From the NCBI GenBank assembly GCA_028682895.1, contig JAJRAK010000057.1, positions 48,778 through 112,777 of the forward strand: a stretch of DNA of 64,000 nucleotides. Direction: 5' to 3'. Source of the stretch: Methanomassiliicoccales archaeon (GTDB lineage: Archaea; Thermoplasmatota; Thermoplasmata; Methanomassiliicoccales; UBA472). A program made the translations under genes and the position numbers. The notes beneath the pieces are model-generated. The model worked only from the letters and a program-made list of their open reading frames with translations, did no database searches and had not been told where the DNA came from. Shown here one piece after another: positions 8,937 to 17,870 of this stretch (its first letter is position 1; each line of letters starts with the position of its first letter).

Positions 8937-10166
8937 TCAGACGGAAAGTCCTAGCAGGACGATGACGCCCATCAGCGCTATGGACCCGACGAAATCGATG
9001 GCCGAGGAGGTGATGGGTATGCTGTGGTCATCCGGGTCCAAGGAGAACATGAAAGTAGTGACGGCCACATAGTATGACAGATAGTTGAGCACGGTGACCG
9101 TGATCAGACCGGCCACCAGACCCAATATGATCATTGTCATCAGACCGGGAGACGCCAGGCCCATGGCCAAGGAAACGAAGTGGGTGGTTACGCTGGCCAA
9201 TGTGAAAACCCAGATGGCGAATATGTAGATGATGGCGAAGTTCTCATAGCTGACCTTGCCCGGCATCTTGCCCGGATGTAGCGTACCCATGTGCAGCATG
9301 GATGCCGTCCTGGATGTGAGGATACCGCCCAACGCGTTGGAGTTCTGCAAGAACAACGGTATCAGCACCAGCAGCGCCGGGTAGTCCACCAGGCTGGTGA
9401 GCTGCTCCTCTATGGTAAGTCCAGCCCCCAGATCGAGCAGGATGCATATGGACAATACAGGCGCGCTCTGTTTGAATATGCGCTTGGCCTCCTCGTCCCG
9501 CCGGAGGATGGCGTCGAAGATCAGCATCACCGTGACGGCCAAGAACGCATACATCATCAGATCGTAGAACCAGTCCGCTTCCGCTGGCGTGCCGGTAACG
9601 ATGATGGCGGCCAGGAACAGCATCGGTAATGTCACTATATCGCCGGCCGCCGTGAGCAGCGGTGCGCTGATATTATCGATGTCCCAATTCCTGCGGAAGC
9701 CGATATCGGCCACTATGACGTTCACCACCAGCAGGACAAGTCCGGCGAGGACACCGCCGAAAACGGAGATGAAGATGAACTGCTGCATGCTGATGCTTTC
9801 CACGCCAAGAGCGAACGATACGACCTTGGCCAGCACCCCCATGAGGAAAGAGATGGTCATGGTAAGGATGAGGGAGGACTCCATGTTCTGCCGCAGAATG
9901 CTCCCCTTACGAAGGGAAAGTTCGAACGTGCCCACGTGCATGGACGTGCCCAGCCGGCTGCCGAGGGCACCGAAGATGTTGCCCCTCATACCGATGGCCG
10001 GAGGTATGAGTATCATGAGCCCGGGGAGCGCACTGAGGTAAGAGGACATCGAACCAAGTGTCACGCCAGCGAGGATATCTCCAACGGATGAGATGAGCAG
10101 AGCGGTGAATCCCAGGATGAGGACCGTTTTATTGTTGTAGAAGAAGGCCTTCATCGAACCGCTCAC
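8937..10166 (-). CDS. MgtE-like divalent-cation transporter membrane protein (duplicated MgtE TM domain)
   Basis: 409 aa and polytopic. It has two similar halves, each with a GDILAG / AAGDIVTLP type motif and IPPAIGMRGNIFGALGSRLGT, as in archaeal MgtE-domain permeases. Confidence 0.65.
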   Translation of the reverse strand: MSGSMKAFFYNNKTVLILGFTALLISSVGDILAGVTLGSMSSYLSALPGLMILIPPAIGMRGNIFGALGSRLGTSMHVGTFELSLRKGSILRQNMESSLILTMTISFLMGVLAKVVSFALGVESISMQQFIFISVFGGVLAGLVLLVVNVIVADIGFRRNWDIDNISAPLLTAAGDIVTLPMLFLAAIIVTGTPAEADWFYDLMMYAFLAVTVMLIFDAILRRDEEAKRIFKQSAPVLSICILLDLGAGLTIEEQLTSLVDYPALLVLIPLFLQNSNALGGILTSRTASMLHMGTLHPGKMPGKVSYENFAIIYIFAIWVFTLASVTTHFVSLAMGLASPGLMTMIILGLVAGLITVTVLNYLSYYVAVTTFMFSLDPDDHSIPITSSAIDFVGSIALMGVIVLLGLSV

Positions 10167-10441
10167 CTAAGCACCCTTTTGCAGGTAAGATTTTGGAATA
10201 TTAATAATAAGTCATCCGACCAGATGGTCCAAAATGAGTTCCAGCAGGCTGTAAAAGACGGCCACATTTCGTAACGATGATATATTGAGAATATCATAGG
10301 GAAGGAATGGCGGTGGTCCTTAGGCCGCGTTTGCCTGGAAGACCCCGTGAGGCCAACCAAGATGTCACGCGCTCATACGACCAATAAACCTCCGGTCCAG
10401 CCGGTGGCCTTGTGCCGTGGCACCGTGCAGGTGTTCTTTTT

Positions 10442-11092
10442 ATGATTGATCCCGGAAAGGAGCAACGATTGGAGAAATATGACCTGGCCCACGCGACGGT
10501 CAGGGAGATGCTGACCGAGATGAAGGACATCTCGGAGATAATGGTCGACCTGGCCTATGCGTCCATCATGTTCGATAGCGAGGAGACGGCCGAGGAGGTC
10601 AAGAACCTGGAGTCCGACATGGAGGATCTGAGCAAGAACATAAGGATCAAGGCCATGCTCTCCGCCCGGACGTACAAGGACGCCACCAAACTATCATCGC
10701 TCTTAGAAGTAGCTGCAGCATCCAGGCGTATATCCAACGCTGCAGGGGACATCGTCCAGCTGATCCAGTGCGAGGTGAACAAGAGACCGTTCCTTACGTT
10801 CATCCTGAGAGAAGCGGAGGAGAAGATCAAGCGCCTGATCCTCATGGACAATTCCGACATGGTAGGTCGCTCCGTGAAGGAGCTGGGCGTCGAGTCGGAG
10901 ACCGGGATGCGCATCATCGCCATAAAGCGCGGGAAGCGCTGGATCTATGATCCCGAGGAGGAGATCGTCCTCAAGGCCGGAGACACCATGATCGTCCGGG
11001 GGACCGATGACGGTTACGATATATTGCGTTCCTATGCCAACGGCGAGGAGAAGTGGCCGATCTATCCGGACGACGAAGGGGAGGATGACTGA
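10442..11092 (+). CDS. PhoU-like / TrkA-C domain regulatory protein
   Basis: An N-terminal helical PhoU-like region (EMLTEMKDISEIMVDLAYASIMF) is followed by a C-terminal TrkA-C (RCK_C) domain (GRSVKELGVESETGMRIIAIKRGKRWIYDP...GDTMIVRG). The ATG at 10442 is preferred over the GTG at 10412. It is divergent from the MgtE-like gene. Confidence 0.65.
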   Translation: MIDPGKEQRLEKYDLAHATVREMLTEMKDISEIMVDLAYASIMFDSEETAEEVKNLESDMEDLSKNIRIKAMLSARTYKDATKLSSLLEVAAASRRISNAAGDIVQLIQCEVNKRPFLTFILREAEEKIKRLILMDNSDMVGRSVKELGVESETGMRIIAIKRGKRWIYDPEEEIVLKAGDTMIVRGTDDGYDILRSYANGEEKWPIYPDDEGEDD

Positions 11093-11673
11093 TGGAACAA
11101 TTGGACGAGATGTTACTGGAGCTCAAGGACACTTCCGAGCTCATGATCGATCTGGCCTACTCATCCCTGCTCTACAACAACAAGGAGATCGCCGAGGAGG
11201 TCGTCACCATGGAGGAGATGCTTGACGAGCTGGCGAACAAGATCCAGCGCCAGGCCATCGAGCGCGTGGTGAACGATAAGGACGAGGAGAAGGCCTTCAC
11301 CGTGATCAAGCTGGCAGCGGCCGTGGAGGAGATATCGGACGCCGCGATGCAGATCGCCATGGTCACCATAAACGACCCGGAACCGCACCCGGTCATTCGC
11401 CTCAGCATCAAGGACGCCGACACGACGATCACCTTGGCCGAGGTCAAGGATGGTTCGGACCTAGTGGGTAAGACGTTGGGAAAGATGCGCCTTGCCAGTC
11501 AGAGCGGGATGTGGGCCGTGGCCATAAAGCGCGGCCGAAAGTACGTGTTCGGACCGGACAAGAGCACCGTGGTTGAAGTTGGCGATGTCATCATATCCCG
11601 TGGACCGCCTGATGCGGAGAAGTACTTCCAGGACCTATGCCTGGGAAAAGAACGTCTGGAAGAGCCGTATTAG
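11092..11673 (+). CDS. PhoU-like / TrkA-C domain regulatory protein (paralogue of the previous gene)
   Basis: It has the same architecture (LLELKDTSELMIDLAYSSLLY ... GKTLGKMRLASQSGMWAVAIKRGRKYVFGP...GDVIISRG). Its start overlaps the previous stop (TGATG). It ends in a TAG stop. Confidence 0.65.
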   Translation: MEQLDEMLLELKDTSELMIDLAYSSLLYNNKEIAEEVVTMEEMLDELANKIQRQAIERVVNDKDEEKAFTVIKLAAAVEEISDAAMQIAMVTINDPEPHPVIRLSIKDADTTITLAEVKDGSDLVGKTLGKMRLASQSGMWAVAIKRGRKYVFGPDKSTVVEVGDVIISRGPPDAEKYFQDLCLGKERLEEPY

Positions 11674-11682
11674 GGTGAAAAG

Positions 11683-11755
11683 TAGCCCCGGGCAGATTCG
11701 AACTGCCGTCGCAGGATCCAGAATCCCGCATGATTGACCACTACACTACGGGGCT
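11683..11755 (-). tRNA. tRNA-Gln (anticodon CUG)
   Basis: Hand fold of the minus strand AGCCCCGTAGTGTAGTGGTCAATCATGCGGGATTCTGGATCCTGCGACGGCAGTTCGAATCTGCCCGGGGCTA. The acceptor is 7 bp (AGCCCCG/CGGGGCT). The anticodon stem is CGGGA/TCCTG with loop TTCTGGA. The T-arm is GGCAG-TTCGAAT-CTGCC. No CCA is encoded. Confidence 0.85.
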
Positions 11756-11806
11756 ATGCGGAACGGTGGTAAATATTCCCTACCTTTAACCTTTTCGTTC
11801 AGGAGA

Positions 11807-12445
11807 TCACTTTCTGGCGGTCTTGATGACCGCCGCGATCCGCTTGTAGACATCGTCGATGGCACCCATTCCGTCGACCGACTTCAGCACTCCCTTTTTA
11901 CGGTAGTACTCGGTGAGGGGCGCAGTGCGTTCCGTGTAGGTGGTGAAGCGCTCGCGGACGACCTTTTCGGTATCGTCGCTCCTCTGATATAGCTCTCCAC
12001 CACACTTGTCGCACGACCCAGCTTTCTTGGGCGGATTGAACTCCAGGTGGAACACGGAGTTGCAGGCGCGGCAGGAGCGTCTCTCGGTGAGGCGCCTGAT
12101 AAGGACCTCTGGGTTGACTTCCAGGTCTACGGCCATTTCAACATTGAAGAACTCTTCCAGCTTCTGGGCCTGCTCAAGAGAACGGGGGAACCCGTCCAGC
12201 AATACGCCGCCCTTCAGTCCTTTCAACTTCTCTCGTATGAGGCCGACGACCAGGTCGTCAGGTACCAGCTTTCCAGCGTCCATGAATCCCTTAGCCTTCA
12301 CACCGAGCTCGGTCCCATTACGGACGGCCTCGCGCAGAAGGTCCCCAGTTGATATCTTGGTGAAGCCGAACTCGGCCACGAGCCGTTCGGTCTGCGTTCC
12401 CTTACCCGATCCGGGAGGTCCCAAGAGCACGATCTTCAGGTCCAT
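11807..12445 (-). CDS. adk: Adenylate kinase (long form with Zn-ribbon lid)
   Basis: Start chosen at MDLKIVLLGPPGSGKGTQ (P-loop), which is ATG 12445. The lid is CRACNSVFHLEFNPPKKAGSCDKCGGELYQRSDD. The 5' extension to 12499 in the track looks spurious. Confidence 0.9.
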   Translation of the reverse strand: MDLKIVLLGPPGSGKGTQTERLVAEFGFTKISTGDLLREAVRNGTELGVKAKGFMDAGKLVPDDLVVGLIREKLKGLKGGVLLDGFPRSLEQAQKLEEFFNVEMAVDLEVNPEVLIRRLTERRSCRACNSVFHLEFNPPKKAGSCDKCGGELYQRSDDTEKVVRERFTTYTERTAPLTEYYRKKGVLKSVDGMGAIDDVYKRIAAVIKTARK

Positions 12446-12549
12446 GGGCTGCCCATGCCCTTTCCCATAAATCATCTTTACGATTATTTCGAACACCAAA
12501 GCCGTTGAAAACGGTAAAGATTATCATACACCCATGATATTGAACGCAC

Positions 12550-13080
12550 ATGCTCAAAGGACCGACCGTGGGGCTTGTACCGCTTCAGACAACCGATGAA
12601 CTGGTCATGTTCCGTTGGATGAACGACCCCGCGATAAGGGTGGCCGCCGGACGCCCCAATTGGAAGGCCTGCTACAGCTTGGAACAGGTGCAGGACCTCA
12701 TCAAGGATTGGCTGGGTCAGTCGACACGCTTCGACCTTGTGGTGGTGGACCTGGAGAAAGGTGAACCTTGCGGCCTGATCGAGCTCAATCATCTTCATGC
12801 CATGAGCGACTCGGCCAGGCTCTCGTTGGTCTGGGGAGGTAGGAAGGAAAGTAAGCTGGCCGAGGAAGCGCTGTCCCTAGCATCGAACTACGCCTTCGAG
12901 ACCCAGGCCCTTCATCGCCTATGGACCAGGGTGCCTTGCGACAGTGATTTCATCATAAGCTCTTTCCATAACGTCGGCTTCCGTGCTGAAGGCGTTCTCA
13001 GGGAGGACCACTTCAACGCAGGGGTTTGGCGCGATTCCGTCCTGCTCTCGTTATTGGCCACGGAGGCGGGGAAATGCTGA
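12550..13080 (+). CDS. GNAT N-acetyltransferase, RimJ/RimL-like
   Basis: 176 aa with the typical RimJ/L N-terminus (LVPLQTTDELVMFRWMNDP) and C-terminal GFRAEGVLREDHFNAGVWRDSVLLSLL. Confidence 0.7.
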   Translation: MLKGPTVGLVPLQTTDELVMFRWMNDPAIRVAAGRPNWKACYSLEQVQDLIKDWLGQSTRFDLVVVDLEKGEPCGLIELNHLHAMSDSARLSLVWGGRKESKLAEEALSLASNYAFETQALHRLWTRVPCDSDFIISSFHNVGFRAEGVLREDHFNAGVWRDSVLLSLLATEAGKC

Positions 13081-13610
13081 TGGGCGAGAAGGTCGACCTG
13101 GTGGCCGCGGAACGCAGCTATGTTCCCATGTACACCAAATGGATCAATGACCCTGAGGTCACGCACTGGTTGAAGGCCGACCCGCCGTTCAGCGTGGAGA
13201 TGGAGCAGGATTGGGTGGAAGGTGTGCGCCAGGAAGGGAAGATGACCTTCACCATCCTTACAAAGGAAGGCAAGCCCATCGGTAACATGGGAGTGGAAGA
13301 GATATCCTGGAAGGCCAGAAGGGCCTCGATAGGGATCATGATAGGAGAGAAGGACTACTGGAGCAAGGGCTACGGGAGCGATGCCATAACCACGCTGCTC
13401 CGCTATCTGTTCGAGGAGCTGGGCATGAGGAGGGTACAGCTGTTCACCGACCTGGACAACATACGGGCACAGAAGGCCTACAAGAAGTGCGGCTTCCGGG
13501 AGGAGGGTGTAATGAGGCAGTTCCGCAACAAGGACGGGCGCCCGGTGGACGAGATGTTCATGGCCATACTGGCAGATGAGTGGTTCGAGAAGCATCCCCG
13601 ACAAGGATGA
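13074..13610 (+). CDS. GNAT N-acetyltransferase, RimJ/RimL-like (tandem paralogue)
   Basis: Motifs are KVDLVAAERSYVPMYTKWINDPEV, KDYWSKGYGSDAITTLLRYLFEELGMRRVQLFTDLDNIRAQKAYKKCGFREEGVMRQ. The start is ATG 13074 or 13080, overlapping the previous stop. Confidence 0.7.
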   Translation: MLMGEKVDLVAAERSYVPMYTKWINDPEVTHWLKADPPFSVEMEQDWVEGVRQEGKMTFTILTKEGKPIGNMGVEEISWKARRASIGIMIGEKDYWSKGYGSDAITTLLRYLFEELGMRRVQLFTDLDNIRAQKAYKKCGFREEGVMRQFRNKDGRPVDEMFMAILADEWFEKHPRQG

Positions 13611-13656
13611 AGGACATAAGTTATTAGTAGATGGATTTCATTGGGCTAAATCCTAG

Positions 13657-13740
13657 GCAGGGGTAGCCAAGCCTGGCCAACGGCGCTAGATTCAGGGTCT
13701 AGTCCTTAGTGGTCCGAGGGTTCAAATCCCTTCCCCTGCA
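13657..13740 (+). tRNA. tRNA-Leu (anticodon CAG), long variable arm
   Basis: Hand fold of GCAGGGGTAGCCAAGCCTGGCCAACGGCGCTAGATTCAGGGTCTAGTCCTTAGTGGTCCGAGGGTTCAAATCCCTTCCCCTGCA. The acceptor is GCAGGGG/CCCCTGC. The anticodon stem is CTAGA/TCTAG with loop TTCAGGG. It has a long extra arm and a T-loop TTCAAAT. No CCA is encoded. Confidence 0.85.
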
Positions 13741-13785
13741 CTTGACTTTTTATTTGTTTGGCATAAAGAACGTTTCATATGAACA

Positions 13786-16632
13786 TCACACCTTTCCTTT
13801 CCGCAAACGCATCACCGATATCACGGCTACGATTACCAAAGCTATGGCTATTATTCCTACCATAATCAACATTGTACTATCGTTCTCAGAGCCTGGGGTG
13901 TCGTCATCGGGTAGAGGAACGGTTATAGAGGCCGTAGAAGAATTCTCGCCCTCACCGACCGCGTTCACGGCACTTATCTTGTACCAGTATGTCTGGCCGT
14001 TCGTCAAACCTGTATCAGTATAGATCAGGACTGAGGGCGACGATATCAGTTGATAAGTTCCATTAGAGGTCGTAGACCGATACAGCTTGTAACCAGTTAT
14101 CGGACTGCCCCCGTTATTGGTCGGAGCGGTCCAGGTTAAGATCACCTGGGCATTGCCGGCGACAGGATCGAGGTCTTCGGGCGTTCCAGGGACCGTTGAT
14201 GCGAATTCGAGAAATACACTGATCGGTGAACAATTCTCACCCTCACCAGCCACGTTCACGGCGCTGATCTTGTACCAGTATGTCTGACCGTTCGTCAACC
14301 CCATATCAGTATAGTTCAGGACCGAGGGTGACGATATTAGCCCATATGTGCCGTTAGAGGTCGTTGACCGGTATACTTTATATCCAGTGATAGGGCCCAC
14401 ACCATCGCTAGCTGGGGCAGACCAAGCCAGATTTACCTGGTTGCTACTGGCGATAAGGGTCAGCCCCTGAGGGGCTCCGGGAGCCATCGATGCGTATTCA
14501 AGGAACACACCAACCGGCGAACAATTGGCCCCCTGACCGATCGCATTCACAGCACTTACTTGATAATAATAGGACTGATTATTGCTCAGGCCGGTGTCTG
14601 TATTGTTTAAGCCGGATAGCGATGCTATGAGACTGTATGTACCACTTATCGTGTATGATCGATATATCTTGTAGGCAGTGATCGGACTGTTTCCGTCGAT
14701 GAACGGCGCCTTCCATGTCAGATTGATCTGATCGCGGTCGGCGACAAGAGCAAGGTCCCGCGGGATCCCAGGGACGGTAGGCTGCGATGATGGGGTTGCG
14801 TTGACCGGAGTGCAATTTGCGCCCTCGCCGACCGTGTTAACCGTGCTAACCTTATACCAGTATATTTGATCGTTGATCGCATCTGTGTCAGTACAGTTCA
14901 GACCTGAGGGTGACGATATCAGCTCAAATATGCCGTTGGAGGTCGTGGACCGATACACTCTATAGCCAGTGATCGGGTCTCCTCCATCGTTGGCCGGAGC
15001 GTCCCATGTCAGGGCTACCTGGGCATTGCCGGCGACAGGAACGAGGTGGTCAGGGGCTTCAGGGACCTCGGGATCGAACGCGAGGAAGGTGGCGACATAT
15101 GTGCAATTGGCCCCCTCGCCGGCATCGTTCACAGCACTGACCTGATAGTAATAGGACCGGTTATTGGTCAATCCAGTGTCTGAGTAGTTCATATCTGAGG
15201 TCGAGGCGATGAGATCGAACGGACCATCGAATATCGTTCTCCTGTATACCTTATAGTTGATGATCGGACTTCCACCATCGCTGATAGGAGCAGCCCAGGT
15301 CAGATCGACCTGTTTACTGCTCGAACTTAAGTGAAGGTCCTGCGGGGCTGTAGGGACTGCGGGCTCTGAGGATACCATTACGATGATCGCAGTGCAATTA
15401 TCGCCCTCTCCGATCGCGTTTTCGGCGCTTACCTTGTAATAGTATTTCAGCCCGTTCGTCAGCCCGGTATCGGTACAGTTCAGAACTAAAGGCGATGAAA
15501 TCAAGGTAAAGGGGCCGTGGGATGTGGTGGACCGATACACATGATAGATGGTGATGTCACTTCCACCGTTGCGGTCGGGGGCATTCCACGTTAAAAGAAC
15601 TTGAGCAACGCCCGGATAGGCGAGAAGGTCCTCAGGAGCCTCTGGAGCTGTTTTAACAAGGTATGAACCCATCTTCAGCCCGTTCCAATTGAAATTAGGC
15701 ATGGGGAAGTTCGAGCCCGAATAGGCGTGACCCCTTACCCCCGCCGGCGTATCCACCATCCAATTTTCATCTACAGATGTTGGGGCAACGAAACCTAGGA
15801 AATTTATCGAGGTCAAAGCAATGCAGGACTGGAACACCTGGCCTTGGATGGTCGTAACGCTACTGGGTATGGTGATGGAGGACAATGCAGTGCAGCCAAG
15901 GAATGCCGCTGAAGCAATGGTCCCGACCTTATCACCGATATTCACGGAGGTTAAATTGATGCAATGCTGGAATGTATACTGGTCGACCTTTGTGAGGTTG
16001 TCGGATATGTTGACCGAGCTGAGGTTGGTACAATATTCAAAAGCATACCATCCGATCGTACGAACGCTGTCGGGAATAGTGATAGAGGTCAGGGCGGTGC
16101 AGTGAGAGAATGCATATTTGTAGATCGTTTTTACACTATTGGGAAGGGTGATCGATGTCAGATTTGTGCATTGTTCGAACGTGTTGTACCCTATCGTTAG
16201 AACGGTGCCAGATGAGTCGAAGTGCACTGATGATAACGCTGAACAGTGCCAGAACATAGTGGTACTGATAACCTTGACATCGCTGGGAATATTGATCGAA
16301 GTAAGATTGTAACAACTGGCGAACGCACCAAGCCCGATCGATGTGACGCTATTGGGGATGACCACAGAGGTCAGTGAGGTGCAGGTATCGAAGGCAGAAT
16401 CGCCTATGGCCATGACCGTATAACCATCCAATGTGGATGGGATGGTTATCGCTCCCCCTGTGCCATTATATCCTGTGATAGTTGCGACGAGCGGACTTCC
16501 GCTCGTGGAGTAAGTATAGTCCCCTTCTGTTGCGGCGTCGACTGTGTCGGTGGAAACAATGAAAAATCCGCTTGATATCAGCATGAATACTAATACCGCA
16601 GTTATCCTGAATGACCACTGTCTTTTTTCCAT
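13786..16632 (-). CDS. Large surface adhesin-like protein: signal peptide, BspA-type leucine-rich repeats, six fibronectin type III domains, C-terminal TM anchor
   Basis: Start chosen at MEKRQWSFRITAVLVFMLISSGFFIV (ATG 16632, with a G-rich SD upstream). The LRR units look like IPNSVTSIGLGAFASCYNLTSINIP. There are six FN3 units, each with (L/A)TW.AP...GGSPIT.Y.(V/I)YRST...Y.Y.VSAVN..GEG. The C-terminus is MLIMVGIIAIALVIVAVISVMRLRKGKV. Confidence 0.8.
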   Translation of the reverse strand: MEKRQWSFRITAVLVFMLISSGFFIVSTDTVDAATEGDYTYSTSGSPLVATITGYNGTGGAITIPSTLDGYTVMAIGDSAFDTCTSLTSVVIPNSVTSIGLGAFASCYNLTSINIPSDVKVISTTMFWHCSALSSVHFDSSGTVLTIGYNTFEQCTNLTSITLPNSVKTIYKYAFSHCTALTSITIPDSVRTIGWYAFEYCTNLSSVNISDNLTKVDQYTFQHCINLTSVNIGDKVGTIASAAFLGCTALSSITIPSSVTTIQGQVFQSCIALTSINFLGFVAPTSVDENWMVDTPAGVRGHAYSGSNFPMPNFNWNGLKMGSYLVKTAPEAPEDLLAYPGVAQVLLTWNAPDRNGGSDITIYHVYRSTTSHGPFTLISSPLVLNCTDTGLTNGLKYYYKVSAENAIGEGDNCTAIIVMVSSEPAVPTAPQDLHLSSSSKQVDLTWAAPISDGGSPIINYKVYRRTIFDGPFDLIASTSDMNYSDTGLTNNRSYYYQVSAVNDAGEGANCTYVATFLAFDPEVPEAPDHLVPVAGNAQVALTWDAPANDGGDPITGYRVYRSTTSNGIFELISSPSGLNCTDTDAINDQIYWYKVSTVNTVGEGANCTPVNATPSSQPTVPGIPRDLALVADRDQINLTWKAPFIDGNSPITAYKIYRSYTISGTYSLIASLSGLNNTDTGLSNNQSYYYQVSAVNAIGQGANCSPVGVFLEYASMAPGAPQGLTLIASSNQVNLAWSAPASDGVGPITGYKVYRSTTSNGTYGLISSPSVLNYTDMGLTNGQTYWYKISAVNVAGEGENCSPISVFLEFASTVPGTPEDLDPVAGNAQVILTWTAPTNNGGSPITGYKLYRSTTSNGTYQLISSPSVLIYTDTGLTNGQTYWYKISAVNAVGEGENSSTASITVPLPDDDTPGSENDSTMLIMVGIIAIALVIVAVISVMRLRKGKV
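13908..15648 (-). repeat. Six tandem FN3-encoding repeat units of about 285-290 nt inside the adhesin gene (approximate bounds)
   Basis: The repeats show at protein level (LTWNAP, LTWAAP, LTWDAP, LTWKAP, LAWSAP, LTWTAP). They also show at DNA level, for example tcaccagccacgttcacggcgctgatcttgtaccagtatgtctgaccgttcgtcaa near 14240 against its near copy near 13950. These are coding repeats, not a CRISPR array. Confidence 0.75.
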
Positions 16633-17088
16633 ATTGAATTCCCCCCACTGTCCATTATAATTCAAATGAGTTGACATTATCATTGTTTAGAGGAGACTAT
16701 AAGACTATGCTGTCGAAAAAATTCTACGAAATCAATCAATCAAGGCCAATTCATGACGAAAAATCTGCTTAAAGTTTGCCATAAGAACTCTTGCATTCCA
16801 TACAAGATTCCTGTGCAAGAACAGCGCGAGTGCCGTAAAAAGCTCAGCAACAACCCACTGGCCTGATCCTTTCATATCGACGGGTCCATCGATAATCATC
16901 GAAGAAACGATCGATGCGGACCATAATAGGTACGGTGACATGACGATGTTAGTACTGGCATGTAAAATGAATGTTGGGCCAGCTCTGGTAATTTTTTATA
17001 AGTCTTGCATTGCATGGATCCTTTCCTTTTGTGTCAATCAAAATAAACATATATTACATGTCATCTTATGGTGATAATGGTGATATAG

Positions 17089-17448
17089 GTGAGCAATACA
17101 CCGGCGAAATACGACGTAGAGTACAAATGGCTCCGAGAGGAGACTCGGAACGGAACATCGGAAGGTTGGTTAGAGAAAGTACGTGAAACATTGTCCGCCT
17201 TACTCCGGAGGGTCGGCAAGGCCGATGACAGCGAAGGGTCCGTGGACAACCATGTTCGATTGGAAGGGATGTCGAGATTGGGATTGGTGTTGCAATCATT
17301 AGGAACGCTTTTGCTTTTGGTTATGCTCATGCCAAAATGGGACGTGCCCATCATTTCCTGCTTCGTGGCGGTGGTCGCAGGTGAAATCATTATTATCAAC
17401 TCCCTATGTCATCACGGATGTGATATCCGGGGAGAGCGGACCAAATGA
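17089..17448 (+). CDS. Hypothetical small membrane protein
   Basis: A GTG start is preceded by GGTGAT (SD-like). 119 aa with a hydrophilic N-terminal half and then two hydrophobic segments (LGLVLQSLGTLLLLVMLM, IISCFVAVVAGEIIIINSL). I recognise no family. It sits in AT-rich surroundings. Confidence 0.35.
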   Translation: MSNTPAKYDVEYKWLREETRNGTSEGWLEKVRETLSALLRRVGKADDSEGSVDNHVRLEGMSRLGLVLQSLGTLLLLVMLMPKWDVPIISCFVAVVAGEIIIINSLCHHGCDIRGERTK

Positions 17449-17825
17449 CCAACGTGACCATCAGAGGAATCGACGATGCCGTGTATGTTCAGTTCTCTGC
17501 GGAGGCCACCCTCAGGGGCATGGCCATCGGTGACCTTACCACTCAGGCCATGGCCGAGTTCCTCGAGAAGAGCAGGGGACCTATCTATAGGATCTGGAAC
17601 CTGGATGAGCTGACGGTCGCAGCGAACGATCTCAGGACCATCGACGGGGTGGTGAACATCAGCAACATCGATAAGCTGGAGTTCGAGAAGGACGTCACCT
17701 GGGATGACATCAAGGACCGAATCCAGATAATCGAGAACGTTGATAAGCTGATCGTCCCGAAGACAATATCGAAGTTTCAGATATTGACCAAGGTCAAGAA
17801 CGTCAGCAGCATCAAGTCGGTCTGA
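17445..17825 (+). CDS. Hypothetical protein with N-terminal ribbon-helix-helix-like segment
   Basis: It has an ATGA overlap with the upstream ORF. The N-terminus MTNVTIRGIDDAVYVQFSAEATLRGMAIGDLTTQAMAEFLEK looks like a FitA/Arc-type RHH (beta strand plus two helices). The C-terminal 75 aa carry a motif that recurs about every 22 aa (NLDELTV, NIDKLEF, NVDKLIV, NVSSIKSV). Confidence 0.4.
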   Translation: MTNVTIRGIDDAVYVQFSAEATLRGMAIGDLTTQAMAEFLEKSRGPIYRIWNLDELTVAANDLRTIDGVVNISNIDKLEFEKDVTWDDIKDRIQIIENVDKLIVPKTISKFQILTKVKNVSSIKSV

Positions 17826-17870
17826 TACTCGGCTTGAACAGCAACTCATTATTACTCACGCGGACCATGC

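Noticed and set aside
13908-15648. Periodic DNA repeats of about 285 nt could be mistaken for a repeat array or CRISPR.
   Set aside because: The period is far too long. The units are in frame and encode FN3 domains of one continuous ORF. I saw no short direct repeats with unique spacers anywhere in the window.
16732-16941. A 69-aa minus-strand ORF lies in the AT-rich gap after the adhesin gene.
   Set aside because: It has no recognisable motif, no convincing SD or promoter, and lies in a region of atypical composition. It is possibly a gene remnant, but I cannot support calling it a feature.
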